Source: an uncultured delta proteobacterium (GTDB lineage: Bacteria; Myxococcota; Myxococcia; Myxococcales; Myxococcaceae). From it: a DNA stretch of 64,000 nt. This document shows, piece after piece, positions 63,568 through 64,000 of this stretch; positions within the stretch are counted from its first letter, which is position 1; each line of letters begins with the position of its first letter. The translations under genes and the position numbers were made by a program. Location: NCBI GenBank assembly GCA_963776345.1, contig CAVZMH010000022.1, forward strand, positions 96,001 to 160,000. Direction: 5' to 3'. The notes beneath the pieces are model-generated. The model saw only the letters and a program-made list of their open reading frames with translations, ran no database searches and had not been told where the DNA came from.

Positions 63568-64000
63568 ATGCGTGTCCTGCTGCTCCTGCTCGCCGTGCTC
63601 GTCCCCCTGTCCGCGACGGCCCAGAAGAAACGCTTCCTCGCGGCGCCGCCCAAGGGCCCGCCGTGCTCCAGCCCCGCGTACCACCAGTTCGACTTCTGGG
63701 TGGGCGACTGGGAGGTGCAGACGCCCAAGGGGACACCGGCCGGCGAGAACAAGGTGGAGAAGATCCTCGACGGCTGCGCCATCCGCGAGAGCTGGACGGC
63801 CGCCGACGGGAGCCACGGCAGCTCGCTCACCGGCTACGACGGGCCCGCCGGCCGGTGGACGCAGACCTTCGTGGACGACCTGGGCATGGTGCTGGTGCTG
63901 GAAGGCGAGCTCCGTGACGGCAAGATGGTGCTCAGCGGGCGCCGCTCGGGTTCGCGCGGGATGCTGAACCGCATCGTCTGGCAGAAGCTCGAGGGGGACC
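63568..64000 (+). CDS. Secreted hypothetical protein (beta-barrel, DUF1579-like), runs off the window end
   Basis: GGAGG RBS, signal peptide, CSSPAYHQFDFWVGDWEV, GCAIRESW. Confidence 0.75.
   Translation, partial: MRVLLLLLAVLVPLSATAQKKRFLAAPPKGPPCSSPAYHQFDFWVGDWEVQTPKGTPAGENKVEKILDGCAIRESWTAADGSHGSSLTGYDGPAGRWTQTFVDDLGMVLVLEGELRDGKMVLSGRRSGSRGMLNRIVWQKLEGD

Overview
High-GC sequence whose gene content points to Myxococcota (Myxococcaceae/Anaeromyxobacter-like): MYXO-CTERM proteins, an mts-type locus, a CglF/GltF-like gene and an FHA-sigma54 activator. About 60 CDS are supported. I saw no rRNA, tRNA, CRISPR array, integrase or transposase. Many genes carry single-base frameshifts, mostly an extra G, which looks like long-read assembly error. 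1-20.6 kb is a minus-strand cell-surface cluster: FHA-sigma54 activator, beta-propeller/di-haem MtsA-like protein, two near-identical thrombospondin-type-3/MYXO-CTERM MtsC copies each with its own sigma54 promoter, three VWA/Ca-binding lipoproteins, an MtsF-like lipoprotein, other lipoproteins, a GMC dehydrogenase pair and a GltF-like gene. 22.3-27.5 kb is a four-gene operon: ECF sigma, zf-HC2/TM/TPR/CHAT caspase-like anti-sigma (heavily frameshifted), lipoprotein, neprosin-like glutamic peptidase lipoprotein. This operon is the best candidate for an uncharacterised system. The rest holds a two-component system, gpsA, a DEGS1-like sphingolipid desaturase, an ECF/anti-sigma/metallophosphoesterase/CuA cluster, aceB-glcDEF, hflX, msrB, a PafBC-like WYL pair, acnA, GGDEF and hybrid kinase genes, an HDAC and a TatD. 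All assignments come from motifs read by eye; no database searches were run.
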